A stretch of DNA of 64,000 nucleotides from a virus, in IMG/VR virus record IMGVR_UViG_3300046167_000921, positions 96,001 to 160,000 of that record; one strand, 5' to 3'. Under the pieces are notes generated by a model. It searched no databases. It worked only from the letters and a program-made list of their open reading frames with translations, and was not told the DNA's origin. Made by a program: the position numbers and the translations under genes. Below are positions 36,792 to 47,313 of this stretch, in pieces; positions within the stretch are counted from its first letter, which is position 1, and each line of letters opens with the position of its first letter.

Positions 36792-39700
36792 TTAAGAGAC
36801 TAAAACTCCATGATCCACTTCTGCATATATAACAGGGTCATTGAACCCAGCCCCATTCCAATCGGTGCTGAAATCTGTGTTCTGCACAAAGGCGTCGCCC
36901 ACTGAACCATAGTCAACGGTCTCGATTACCTGACCTAGGACAATCAAGTCCGCGACCGCATTAACATTACTTTGGGTAGGGGAACTCAATAGAATAAGCT
37001 CATTCGGGCTAGTTCCTACATTATATTCCGTCGATGTCCCAAGAACCGTTGGGACATACTTGTTCAGCCCATTATCTGTTGTGTACCTTAGAACCTGCTT
37101 GTTCGTGTCCGCTTGAGAGTTGATGTCAATCAAGTTCGAGGTGTTGATCCCAATCTCAAGATCTATCTGATTGTTCACGTCATCGTGTGTGAAAGAGATG
37201 CCTTGATCTTCAACAAAAGCGTGTGTGCCAGCTTCAAGAGCCGACCCGACAGCGTCTCTTGCTGATTCAGCAAGGATTGTAGAGACAAACTCACCCGCGT
37301 TGGCGTTCCAAACTAAAACTTCGTCGCCTACAAAGTCTCCCGTAGTGACATTGACATCTGAGAGGGTGTTGACCGACCCTAGAGATGTGAGGTTAGAACC
37401 ATCTAACGCACCGAGCTTGCCTTGAACGTCTGTGAGAATTGCCTTGCCTGCATCTGCACCGCCTCCGTTTACGGTGGTGTCCGCGAGCGACGCATCTTTC
37501 AGACCTAATGTCGCTCTCTGGTCGGCTACCGTAGCATCATCAAGTAGGTCGAGACCCACAGAGGTGACTGTGTACGAGTCAATAGAGCCTTGAGCATCGG
37601 TATATATGATCTTGTCTGCCCCAAGAGGCTCTAATGCAGATATGTCGTCTAACAGACCACTCTGAGCTTGTATGTCCGTCCCGATCTCAAGGTCTAAAGA
37701 GGCTCTTACTTGAGCTGGGGTCTCTGCTACAAAGTTACCCCCATCACCTACAATGAAGTTTCCGTCTGCAACCGCAAGACCAGAAATGTCTTGAAGGTTC
37801 GAGCTGAGGGCTAAATCCACTCTACTGTTGGCGTCATCATAGGATGCGGTTAGACCCGTAGAGTGGTTAGCGTGGTCGAACATCGACCCCGTGATGTCTT
37901 GAGCATCCTCTGTGGTATCCGTTAGGTCAGATAATGTTAAAGATCTGATCCAAGATGCAGTTACAATTTCATTTCCATTTGCCGCAGCAGCGGGTGCCGT
38001 TATAGAACCTGAACCTGTTACTGTAAGATTCCCGCTTATTGAGGTGTTCCCAGAAGCACCTGCAACTGTGAATAGGTTGTTTCCGACAGTGAGATCGCCT
38101 ATAGTGGAAATGTTCTCAGCTCCGAAGCTAACTCCATTACCCCCAGAGGTGATAGAAGTCCCACTCAGGACAAGGTTTCCAAGTGTAGCTCCCGCTGAAG
38201 ACTCGATCTCTTTACCAAAGACAACCTTCTCTGAGCCGTCTGTAGTAACAAATGTGAGGTAGTCGTTGCCAGCTTCCGTAAAGATGAGAGCTTCTGCTTG
38301 GTTGTCTGTGAGTGAGATCTCCGTCACAGACAGAGTCCCATTAATGGTGAGGTTTCCACCTTGCAGAAGAAGAATGTTGCCTCCATCGGACAAGTCCGCA
38401 GTAGAGATCACTCTATTCTCGAAGTTAGCTCCATCGTGGACAATGAAGTGCTTGTTTGCAGACCCCGCAACAGTTACGTCGGAGAGGTCGTTTAAGCCTG
38501 AATTAGAGGCTAAGAAGTCTCCCGTGTCATTAGAGACAGCAGTTCCAAATCCAAGAGTTGCTCTAGCATTAGCTTGATCTATACCCAGAGAGGTTCTAGC
38601 TTGAGCGGGTGTCTCTGACACAAATCCGTTTCCGTCACCTACAATGAAGTTCCCCTCTGTATTGGCGAGTTCGGCAATATCTTGCAGATTATCGGACAGC
38701 GTGAGATCAACTCTGTTGTCGGCATCATCATAGGACGCGGTTAGGCCCGTAGAGTGGTTAGCGTGGTCGAACATCGCACCTGCGATGTCTTGAGCATCCT
38801 CTGTGGTATCCGTTAGGTCAGATAATGTTAAAGATCTGATCCAAGATGCAGTTACAATTTCATTTCCATTTGCAGCGGCAGCGGGTGCCGTTATAGAACC
38901 CGTACCTGTTACAACTAGGTCACCTCCCACAGTGACACCTAATGTTGAAGAGATATCACCCTCAACATTTAGGTCACCTGTCTGAACAGGGGCTTTGCTG
39001 AGTCCTGCAACAGAGGAGAAGTCAGTGGATGTGCCGTCCACAGCCCCGCTATGTGTCGCAAATACGAACGCATCTTCTCCCTCATCCCAGAGAACTACAG
39101 CATCATCTAGGTCGCCCCTGTTTAGGAAGAGGCCGATGTCGAGGGTGTTATTGTTTCCTCCGATGCCATTATTAAGCTCGATGACTCGGTCTTTAACAGA
39201 GAGGTTGTCCGTATCTATTGTGGTTAGCGTACCTGTAACCGTAAGATCAACGCAGGTGACAGATCCTGTAGTGGTTATGTTCTCAGCTCCGAAGCTAACT
39301 CCATTACCTCCAGAGGAGATGCTAGTCCCACTCAGGACAAGGTTTCCAAGTGTAGCTCCCGCTGAAGACTCGATCTCTTTACCAAAGACAACCTTCTCAC
39401 CTGCATCTGTAGTAACAAATGTGAGGTAGTCGTTGCCAGCTTCCGTAAAGACAAGAGCTTCTGCTTGATTATCTGTAAGTGAGATCTCCGTCACAGACAA
39501 CGAGCCGTTGAGGGTGAGGTCACCGCCATTTAGGAGAGGGATCTCACTGCCGTCTAAAAGATCAGCGGTAGAGATCAATCTATTCTCGAAGTTAGCCCCA
39601 TCGTGGACAATGAAGTGTTTATTTGCAGGTACGGCTATTGAAATATCACTCAGGTCATCTAAGCCTGAATTAGAGGATAGGAAGTCTCCCGTGTCATTAG

Positions 39701-42700
39701 TAACAGCAGTCCCAAAGCCAAGAGTTGCTCTCGCATTAGCTTGATCTATACCCAGAGAGGTTCTAGCTTGTGTCGAGGTCTTGAGTACAATGTCGTTCCC
39801 GTCACCCGCGAGGAAGTTGTCGGCAGTAGGTGCGGCAATCGCGGAGATCTCGGTTAGTCTGTCATTTACAGGCTGAAAGTTCCCTCCTACATTGATGAAC
39901 TGTATTTCATTCTGTACGAACGCCGTAGTAGCTATTTGGGTACTGTCATCACCCTGTACTGCTGTAGGTGATTCGGGTGTACCTGTTAGGGTAGGGCTGT
40001 TTACTCTAGCAATAGTGGCATCTACCGAGAAGTCTATCTTGTCATTAACATCGTCGTAAGTCACAGTGATATCTGTTTGAGTACCGCTGTTGATCAAGCT
40101 ACCTACGGCATCTTGAGACTCTTCAATAATAGTGTTGTCTCCTACTGTCAACGCCCCTTGTGCATTGAAGATTAAGACCTTACCTTGTGCCTTGTTTGTA
40201 GTGTCAACGTCAGACAGATCGTTGATAGAAGACGATGTCTTTATCAGGCTCGTTCCGTCAGATAACTGATTTGAAGAGAGTTGAATATTCTCAAAGAGAC
40301 TGTTCCCCGTGTAGACCAAAACTTGGTTTACCAAAGGAGTTCCTGCTTGAGGGTCATTAGTTATCGTGACATCATTCAGGTCATCTAAACCTGAATTAGA
40401 GGCTAGGAAGTCTCCCGTGTCATTAGAGACAGCAGTTCCAAATCCAAGAGTTGCTCTAGCATTGACTTGATCTATACCCAGAGAGGTTCTAGCTTGTGTG
40501 GGAGTCTTAAGAACGAGATCTGCCCCGTCACCCGCGAGGAAGTTGTCGGCAGTAGGCTGTGCGATAGCGGAGATCTCGGTTAGTCTGTCATTCTGTTCCT
40601 GTACGTCAACCCCAACCTCAAGATTCAGGTGGGCGTGAGGGTCGTTCGATGCGATTAAGTCTCTACCTTCCTGTGTGACAGCAGAGACTGCAAATGTATT
40701 ATTGCCTGTTGTGTATAGTATGTTTCCAGCTACAGGGTTAAGGCTTGCGATAGAGACTAAAGAGTCCTGTAAAGTGGCGGTGACTTGCCCGTCATTTACT
40801 CCACCATCATCTGTATAGGCGAAGGTAATGCCTGTAGAGTGGTTAGCGAGGGTAAACTGAGCCCCTACGATGTCTTGAACCGCCTCCGTAGTGTTAGCGA
40901 GATCAGATAGCTCAAGTCCTCTTACCCAAGCCGCAGTGACAATGTGGTTATCTGCAACAGCTTGTGCGGGAGCGAGGATTGTACCTGTACTGTTTACCGT
41001 AAGAGATCCTGTAGTAGAGATATTACCTTGTGAATCAAGGTCGCCCACTCTCAAGTCTGCGTCTGCGATACCAGCCACTGCATCGAAGTCAATGGTGTTG
41101 ATATCGACTGCACCTGAGTGTGTAGCCAGCCTAAAGATGTCAAGACCCTCATCCCATAGGAAAACTGCGTCATCGAGATTGCCTCGGGTCAGCAGGAGTC
41201 CTAAGTCATTTGCGTTATTTCCTACAAACCCGTTATTGAGTTCGATGATACTATTCGCGACAGCGAGATTGTTTTGGTTATTGATGTTCTGAACGCCGTT
41301 TACGGTAAGGTTCTGAACCGTGATGTCACCACCTGTTGTCAGATCTGTGTTTCCAAGATCAATCGTACCTGTGGAATCTTCAATAGATCCCGACCCGATA
41401 GTCATCGTGCCGTCAATGACGGTTGTTTTTAACAACCTGATTTCTTCGCTGTTGTCTGTCGTGTCGATTTCGACATAAGACACATTGTTTGTAGACTCTT
41501 CGATCTTCAGGGCGATACCTTGATTGTCTGCGACATTCAAGCTGATTTGGTTGCCTCCAGAGGTGATTGAGTCTACTTCTATATCTGCCACGTTGGTGAT
41601 GTTTTGATTGTTTGCAGATAGTCCTGAAGAGAGGGTTGTTGCTCCTGTAACAGTCAATTCTCCCGCTACTGAGGTGTTACCTGAAGCACCTGCGACTGCA
41701 AAGAGGTTATTTCCTACCGTGAGATTACCTGTTGTGGTCAACGCCTCCGTTCCAAAATCAACCCCTCCATTGTTTGAGGTAGTGATCGAATTGTCTTCGA
41801 GGAGTAGGTTTCCAATTGAAGAACCTGAGATACCTTCAAAGGTCTTCCCAAACACTACCTTCTCATCGCCGTCTGTAGTAACAAACGTCAAGTATTGATT
41901 TCCTCCCTCAGATATAGATAGAGCGGAAGCCAAGTTGTCCGACATCAAGAGAGAGGCTGTGGCAAGAGAGGTAAGTGTAGTGACACCTGCGTCAAGCGTG
42001 CCTGTGGTGGATATGTTCACCGCATTAAAGGAGATATTGCCTCCTGCACTATTGACTGTCGCATCATTGCCGTTTGGGGTGATTGAAAGAGAATTTGCTC
42101 CCGTATTCGGATTGACGACATTAAGACCGCCTTCCATAGAAGAGAGTCCGTCTACAGAGAGTGATCCAGAGATCTCCGTGTTGCCTGTAAGACCTTCTAC
42201 TAGGAAAAGGTTATTCACGTTAATCCCGCCGTTCGGCTTGAACGTGTTCGCGAGAATAAGCTCGTCGCTACCGTCTAACAAGGGGACTTTCGACCCATTA
42301 GAGAGGTCGGCAGTAGAGATGGTTCTGTTAGAGAAGTCACCCTGTGCGTCGCTAACTAGCATCTGAATCGGAGCCACCCCAGCGATGCTGACATCAGCCA
42401 GATCCTCTAGCCCAGACCCTGAAGCTAGGAAGTCTGCTACTTCACTCGTAGAGGCACTTCCAAGACCTAATGCATCTCTGGCGTTCTGGTTCGCGAGGAC
42501 GACGAAGTTGTTACCGTCTCCTACAATAAAGTTTCCGTTGGCTCTGTTGAGCTGGGAGAGATCTTGGAGACTGCTTGCTAAGGAGGCGTCTACCCTGTTG
42601 TTGATGTCGTCATAGGTGAACGTGATACCCGTAGAGTGGTTCACATGATTAAACATTACACCTGCGATGTCTTGAACGTCCTCAGTGGTGTCCGTTAGAT

Positions 42701-44702
42701 CAGATAATGTTAAAGATCTGATCCAAGATGCAGTTACAATTTCATTTCCGTTTGCAGCGGCAGCAGGAGCCGTAATTGTACCCGTGCCTGTTACAACTAG
42801 GTTAGATTGTAACTCCGCCTCTACGCCTACAACAATTCTCTCCCCCGCGTCTGTAGTTACGAACGTGAGGTAGTTATTACCTCCTTCAGAGATAACAAGA
42901 GCCTCGGCTTGATTGTCCGTGAGGGTGATCTCTCCTACAGACAGGCTTCCATTGAGAGTAAGGTTTCCACCCTGTAAGAGGGGGACGCTAGCTCCATCTG
43001 CAAGATCGGTGGTCGCTAGAGTCCTGTTCTCGAAGTTAACTCCGTCGTGGATAATGACATGCTTATTTACAGGAGCTACCACCGCCACATCATTCAGGTC
43101 ATCTAAACCTGACCCTGAAGCTAGGAAGTCTCCTGTATCATTAGTAACCGCAGTTCCAAATCCAAGAGTTGCTCTAGCGTTGGCGGGGTCAATTTCTAGA
43201 GAGAGCCTTGCCTCAACGGGAGTCTTAAGAACGAGATCTGCTCCGTCTCCTGCAAGGAAGTGGTCTGCAGTAGGCTGTGCGATATCGGAGATCTCGGTTA
43301 GTCGGTCATTCTGCTCCTGTACATCAATCCCAACCTCAAGATCAAGAGCCACTCTAGCTTGAGCTGGGGTCTTGAGTACGATGTTATTGCCGTCGCTGAT
43401 GAGGATGTTGTTAAGAGCCTGCCCTGCATTGGCGATGTCTTGTAAGCTTTGATCGAGAGATCCTCTAATTTCAGAGCTTGCATCATCATAGGTAAAGCTC
43501 ATACCTGTGGAGTGGTTCAGGTGAGTGAACTGACCTCCAACAAGGTCTTCAACCTCTTCTTGCGTAAATCCTGTGTTTGGGGGGTTGACCTGCTCGAGAA
43601 CTCCTCCTACAACCTGAAGGATCTTTCCGTTAACTAAGTTTCCGACTAAGCTAACATCGTTAAGGTCGCCTATAGAGGAGTTAGCTGTTAGGAGGTCTGC
43701 ACCGTCTTGGAGGTCTGCGGAGGACAAAGCCCTGTTTGTAAAGTTAGCTCCATCATAGACCAACACTTGATTTAGAACGGGGTTTGCCACAGTTACGTCG
43801 TCTAAGTCATTAGCGGAACTCACGGAACTCACTAGACCAGGTGAGAATGACCCGTTATTGTAGACGATAGTATCACCATTCTGAATCCCTTGTGTGTCCA
43901 CATCAGAGAGGGTGTTTATACTAGGTAGTGCGGTTAGGTTAGCTCCGTCTAGTGCAGGTAAGGTACTTTGTTCCGCGAACTCAAGAACCTCGCCTACATT
44001 AGTGCCTGTGTCCTTAGTGGAGGCAGTGCCGAAAGCTGGTGTGTCTGAAAGGTCGTTGTAAGACAAGACTTGGTTTACAAAGGCTACTCCATTATATCGG
44101 AGTATATGTCCGTCTACGGCACCTGCTATTAGGACATCACTGAGGCCACTAATAGAGAGGTGATCTATCGTGACGACGCCTGATATTTGAGAGTTTGCGT
44201 CGTCATATGTCCAAGTGACACCTCCGCCATCTTGGAACATACCTCCTACAAAATCTTCAATATCTTCTTGAGTGAAGCCTCCCCCACCATTAGCGGGGTC
44301 TACTTGGGTAAATACTCCACCTACAACTTGGAGTATTTTCCCGTTTACTATACCGTCTCCAAGATCTACGTCTTGGAGGTCTCCGATAGAAGAGAGGGTG
44401 TCTACGATGCCGAGATTTGTTCTAGCATTCGCTTGAGAGGCAACGCCGAGATCGGCAATCTCTGAGAGGAGGTTATCTACAACAAGGAAGTTCTGAGGAT
44501 TACTGCCGTTGAGGGTCTCTATTTCAATGATTGCGTCTTGTATTGCCGCGTGTACTTCTGCGGGGTAATCGTTAGTCCAGACAACGCCGTTTCTTCGTAT
44601 ATTACCGACTGAAGTAAACCCGTTCTCGTCCGAGGTTACGGTGAAGGTGTATATGCCGAAAGAGGTGGCTACTTCATAGTTCTTACTGATCACGTCTGCC
44701 AT
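36792..44702 (-). CDS. giant tail-fibre-like structural protein (2636 aa)
   Basis: Recurrent DLSDV/DLNDV, LQDIAxL...GNFIVGDG, ARATLGFGTAV and ITAPAAAANGNEIVTASWIR modules; very acidic. Confidence 0.88.
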   Translation of the reverse strand: MADVISKNYEVATSFGIYTFTVTSDENGFTSVGNIRRNGVVWTNDYPAEVHAAIQDAIIEIETLNGSNPQNFLVVDNLLSEIADLGVASQANARTNLGIVDTLSSIGDLQDVDLGDGIVNGKILQVVGGVFTQVDPANGGGGFTQEDIEDFVGGMFQDGGGVTWTYDDANSQISGVVTIDHLSISGLSDVLIAGAVDGHILRYNGVAFVNQVLSYNDLSDTPAFGTASTKDTGTNVGEVLEFAEQSTLPALDGANLTALPSINTLSDVDTQGIQNGDTIVYNNGSFSPGLVSSVSSANDLDDVTVANPVLNQVLVYDGANFTNRALSSADLQDGADLLTANSSIGDLNDVSLVGNLVNGKILQVVGGVLEQVNPPNTGFTQEEVEDLVGGQFTHLNHSTGMSFTYDDASSEIRGSLDQSLQDIANAGQALNNILISDGNNIVLKTPAQARVALDLEVGIDVQEQNDRLTEISDIAQPTADHFLAGDGADLVLKTPVEARLSLEIDPANARATLGFGTAVTNDTGDFLASGSGLDDLNDVAVVAPVNKHVIIHDGVNFENRTLATTDLADGASVPLLQGGNLTLNGSLSVGEITLTDNQAEALVISEGGNNYLTFVTTDAGERIVVGVEAELQSNLVVTGTGTITAPAAAANGNEIVTASWIRSLTLSDLTDTTEDVQDIAGVMFNHVNHSTGITFTYDDINNRVDASLASSLQDLSQLNRANGNFIVGDGNNFVVLANQNARDALGLGSASTSEVADFLASGSGLEDLADVSIAGVAPIQMLVSDAQGDFSNRTISTADLSNGSKVPLLDGSDELILANTFKPNGGINVNNLFLVEGLTGNTEISGSLSVDGLSSMEGGLNVVNPNTGANSLSITPNGNDATVNSAGGNISFNAVNISTTGTLDAGVTTLTSLATASLLMSDNLASALSISEGGNQYLTFVTTDGDEKVVFGKTFEGISGSSIGNLLLEDNSITTSNNGGVDFGTEALTTTGNLTVGNNLFAVAGASGNTSVAGELTVTGATTLSSGLSANNQNITNVADIEVDSITSGGNQISLNVADNQGIALKIEESTNNVSYVEIDTTDNSEEIRLLKTTVIDGTMTIGSGSIEDSTGTIDLGNTDLTTGGDITVQNLTVNGVQNINNQNNLAVANSIIELNNGFVGNNANDLGLLLTRGNLDDAVFLWDEGLDIFRLATHSGAVDINTIDFDAVAGIADADLRVGDLDSQGNISTTGSLTVNSTGTILAPAQAVADNHIVTAAWVRGLELSDLANTTEAVQDIVGAQFTLANHSTGITFAYTDDGGVNDGQVTATLQDSLVSIASLNPVAGNILYTTGNNTFAVSAVTQEGRDLIASNDPHAHLNLEVGVDVQEQNDRLTEISAIAQPTADNFLAGDGADLVLKTPTQARTSLGIDQVNARATLGFGTAVSNDTGDFLASNSGLDDLNDVTITNDPQAGTPLVNQVLVYTGNSLFENIQLSSNQLSDGTSLIKTSSSINDLSDVDTTNKAQGKVLIFNAQGALTVGDNTIIEESQDAVGSLINSGTQTDITVTYDDVNDKIDFSVDATIARVNSPTLTGTPESPTAVQGDDSTQIATTAFVQNEIQFINVGGNFQPVNDRLTEISAIAAPTADNFLAGDGNDIVLKTSTQARTSLGIDQANARATLGFGTAVTNDTGDFLSSNSGLDDLSDISIAVPANKHFIVHDGANFENRLISTADLLDGSEIPLLNGGDLTLNGSLSVTEISLTDNQAEALVFTEAGNDYLTFVTTDAGEKVVFGKEIESSAGATLGNLVLSGTSISSGGNGVSFGAENITTTGSVTCVDLTVTGTLTTIDTDNLSVKDRVIELNNGIGGNNNTLDIGLFLNRGDLDDAVVLWDEGEDAFVFATHSGAVDGTSTDFSSVAGLSKAPVQTGDLNVEGDISSTLGVTVGGDLVVTGTGSITAPAAAANGNEIVTASWIRSLTLSDLTDTTEDAQDIAGAMFDHANHSTGLTASYDDADNRVDLTLSDNLQDIAELANTEGNFIVGDGNGFVSETPAQARTSLGIDQANARATLGFGTAVSNDTGDFLASNSGLNDLSDVTVAGSANKHFIVHDGANFENRVISTADLSDGGNILLLQGGNLTINGTLSVTEISLTDNQAEALIFTEAGNDYLTFVTTDGSEKVVFGKEIESSAGATLGNLVLSGTSITSGGNGVSFGAENISTIGDLTVGNNLFTVAGASGNTSISGNLTVTGSGSITAPAAAANGNEIVTASWIRSLTLSDLTDTTEDAQDITGSMFDHANHSTGLTASYDDANSRVDLALSSNLQDISGLAVADGNFIVGDGGNFVAETPAQVRASLDLEIGTDIQAQSGLLDDISALEPLGADKIIYTDAQGSIDSYTVTSVGLDLLDDATVADQRATLGLKDASLADTTVNGGGADAGKAILTDVQGKLGALDGSNLTSLGSVNTLSDVNVTTGDFVGDEVLVWNANAGEFVSTILAESARDAVGSALEAGTHAFVEDQGISFTHDDVNNQIDLEIGINTSNLIDINSQADTNKQVLRYTTDNGLNKYVPTVLGTSTEYNVGTSPNELILLSSPTQSNVNAVADLIVLGQVIETVDYGSVGDAFVQNTDFSTDWNGAGFNDPVIYAEVDHGVLVS
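37850..43300 (-). repeat. dispersed near-identical intragenic repeats in fibre 2
   Basis: CAGATAATGTTAAAGATCTGATCCAAGATGCAGTTACAATTTCATTTCC at ~37928, 38819 and 42701; ARATLGFGTAV module at ~38540, 39700, 40420 and 43140. Confidence 0.9.
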
Positions 44703-44844
44703 CGTACTTCCCTTTAATCTAGTTTCTTAGATAACTGAATCAATAAATAGTTTATTGAGAGAAACCAAGATCTTCGTTGACTCCTTTTGTTTTAGACTCT
44801 TTATACTCGGGTTGAGAGGTTTTTAAATGAAGGAGGGTAAGAGT

Positions 44845-45792
44845 ATGAGAGATCTTTTTTTGAGTAAGGTACAGGATAAGGGGGGGTTCGTTTGTCATCA
44901 TGCACATTTTGACAAGGCGTACCTCATCTCTCCCGAAACGCTTGAAAAGTCACAGAGTAGTCTTCGGGAGAAATGGGATCTGTATCGGGAGCTTAAAGAG
45001 GGTTACACACATTCTGACTTATATAGCAGAATGTGTCGTGGTGTAGAGGCTATGGTGTCTCAAGGTGTCACTAAATGCAGAACCTTTATTGATGCTGATG
45101 GTATTGTGGGAACTGCCCCTATGGAGGTTGCCTTAGAGGTCAAGAATCACTATAGAGCAAAAGGCTTCGACCTCCAACTAGCGGTTCAGCCACTTGAAGG
45201 CGTTCTGGAGGCTGAACCTCGCCGTGCATTCGTAGAAGCCTGTGAAATGGCAGATGTTGTGGGCGGTCTTCCCGATAGAGACAGAGATCCTGAGGCACAT
45301 ATGGATTTCATATTCTCTTTGGCAAAGAGGCTAGGGAAGCCTGTTGATGTTCATGTGGGACAGAACAACATCCCCTCTGAAAGAGAATCGCATATGGTTG
45401 TAAATAAAGTCATACGGCACGGGCTAGAGGGTCAGGTGAACCTAGTTCACGCAATTTCCTTAGCTTGCCAAGACACGTATCGCAGGTCTTCGACTATCAG
45501 GAAGATTAAAGACACAAACACAGGGGTGATAGTCTGCCCCTCAGCCGCGATCAGTATGAAGCAAAAGACACACATATACGCCCCGATACACAACTCTATA
45601 GCTCCTGTGAGGGAACTCGTAGATGCAGGGGTCGATGTGATGCTTGGGGTGGATAATATCCATGACCTCTTCATGCCCCTTGTTGACGGGGATCTGTGGT
45701 TTGAATGCCGCCTTATGATGGAAGCGATTAGGTGTTATGATCTCGACCTTGTCGCAAAGATAGCTTCTAATACTAAAGGCTTTCAGGTATGA
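44845..45792 (+). CDS. metal-dependent amidohydrolase, cytosine deaminase (CodA)-like
   Basis: HHAHFDKA (HxHxD), GVTKCRTFID, VVGGLP, DVHVG, HAISL, GVDNIHD; start placed at ATG behind AGGAGG. Confidence 0.85.
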   Translation: MRDLFLSKVQDKGGFVCHHAHFDKAYLISPETLEKSQSSLREKWDLYRELKEGYTHSDLYSRMCRGVEAMVSQGVTKCRTFIDADGIVGTAPMEVALEVKNHYRAKGFDLQLAVQPLEGVLEAEPRRAFVEACEMADVVGGLPDRDRDPEAHMDFIFSLAKRLGKPVDVHVGQNNIPSERESHMVVNKVIRHGLEGQVNLVHAISLACQDTYRRSSTIRKIKDTNTGVIVCPSAAISMKQKTHIYAPIHNSIAPVRELVDAGVDVMLGVDNIHDLFMPLVDGDLWFECRLMMEAIRCYDLDLVAKIASNTKGFQV

Positions 45793-46104
45793 CCAGAAAC
45801 AGATATCTCTTCTAGGTCAAAGTAGCCAACAAAAAATAGCTTAGCCCGCCTAGACTTTTTGTTCACATTCCGTATTGTGTCATCTGCTCCGCTGTGGTAT
45901 CAACGGTATGAGGCTCATGGCTTCATTCAAGAAGTAACACATGAAAGATTAAACCTTCTCCTTCGATAGCTTGGAGGAAGGTTACTTAGCCATTATAGAA
46001 GCATCCGAGAGTTACGGGAGGCTTCAAGAGGCAATATTGACAAGGTTTTTTGATCGAATTTTATGCCTGTCCTAAGAGATAGGTCATTTAGGGGGTTTTG
46101 AGAG

Positions 46105-47313
46105 ATGCATAATGTTAAATCTGTAATTGGAGGTCAGTGGGGTGATGAGGGGAAAGGAAAGGTTGTGGACTTTCTCTCCTCAGACGCCGATTACTGTATT
46201 CGTTTTCAGGGAGGATCTAATGCGAGTCATACCATTATCTATGAGGGAGAGACTTTCAAACTTCGCCTCTTACCGTCTGGTGTTCTCCAAGGAGCTGAAG
46301 TTATACTCGGAGCGGGTATGGCCATTAACTTAGATGTCCTCTTTTCTGAGATGAGGGACGTTGAAGAGAGGCTGAGCATTTCCCTAGAGGGGTCTCTTCA
46401 CATAGACAGCAGAGCTCACCTTGTTCTCCCTACTCACATCTACTACGATGTTCAAAGAGAAGAGGCTTCAGGCAACCGTATCGGGACTACTCGAAATGGA
46501 ATTGGGCTTTGCTACGAAGATAAGGCTCGCAGGGTGGGTATTCGTGCTGGCGATCTTCTTGATTCTAAAGAATTGCCTCACCGTGTAGATGTTTTCTTGA
46601 GGGCTTACGGAGAGAACACATCATATCAAGAGACGAAGCTTCTAGACATCCTCGAAGAGTGGTCGGAGCAGTGGAGGGGGTATATTAGGACAGACATGAC
46701 TTCTTTTCTTCATGGTATCTTTCATGAAGGGAAGAATGTGGTCATTGAGGGGGCTCAGGGAACTCTCCTTGATGTCACACATGGGACATATCCTTATGTC
46801 ACCTCTTCCCACACTATCGCCCCTAGTATCGGTGCGAGTCTGGGCTGTGCTCTACCTCGAGATACAGATACTATCGGAGTGTTCAAGGCGTATTGCACTC
46901 GAGTAGGTGAAGGCGATTTCATATCTGAGGACTTAGACGAAGACGGGGAGAGACTTCAAGCGATAGGCAAGGAGGTTGGTGTTGTCACCGCTCGTAAACG
47001 TAGGTGTGGGTGGTTGAACCTTGACGACCTCATTTATGCTCACCAGCTCAACGGCTTCACGCAGATTGCTTTAACCAAAGTCGATGTCTTGGATGGCTTT
47101 GAGAAGGTGAAGGTGTGGTATCAAGACCAGATGCACCTGCTTGAGGGCTGGGGAGGTTCAGCCTCGGCGAAGTCTTGGGAGGAACTGCCTGAGAATCTTC
47201 AGTGGTTCATCTCTTTCATAGAAGATAACTCAGGAGTTCCTGTAACTATGGTCTCTAACGGAGCAGGTAGGGAGAATACCTTGTTGCACCCAGACTTTAT
47301 AGACCCTTTTTGA
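46105..47313 (+). CDS. purA: adenylosuccinate synthetase (canonical PurA)
   Basis: GGQWGDEGKGK (Asp retained), QGGSNASHT, IGTTRNGIG, EGAQG, GTYPYVTSS, RKRRCGW, LTKVDVLDG. Confidence 0.95.
   Translation: MHNVKSVIGGQWGDEGKGKVVDFLSSDADYCIRFQGGSNASHTIIYEGETFKLRLLPSGVLQGAEVILGAGMAINLDVLFSEMRDVEERLSISLEGSLHIDSRAHLVLPTHIYYDVQREEASGNRIGTTRNGIGLCYEDKARRVGIRAGDLLDSKELPHRVDVFLRAYGENTSYQETKLLDILEEWSEQWRGYIRTDMTSFLHGIFHEGKNVVIEGAQGTLLDVTHGTYPYVTSSHTIAPSIGASLGCALPRDTDTIGVFKAYCTRVGEGDFISEDLDEDGERLQAIGKEVGVVTARKRRCGWLNLDDLIYAHQLNGFTQIALTKVDVLDGFEKVKVWYQDQMHLLEGWGGSASAKSWEELPENLQWFISFIEDNSGVPVTMVSNGAGRENTLLHPDFIDPF

Noticed and set aside
29231-43637. Numerous plus-strand ORFs opposite the fibre genes
   Set aside because: Antisense shadows caused by repetitive Thr/Gly/Ala/Val codons; no RBS or protein motifs.
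46105-47313. PurZ / 2-aminoadenine (Z-genome) pathway
   Set aside because: The P-loop keeps the PurA catalytic Asp (GDEGKG, not GSxGKG) and the GTP-specific TKxD motif; no DatZ- or MazZ-like gene is recognisable in the window.
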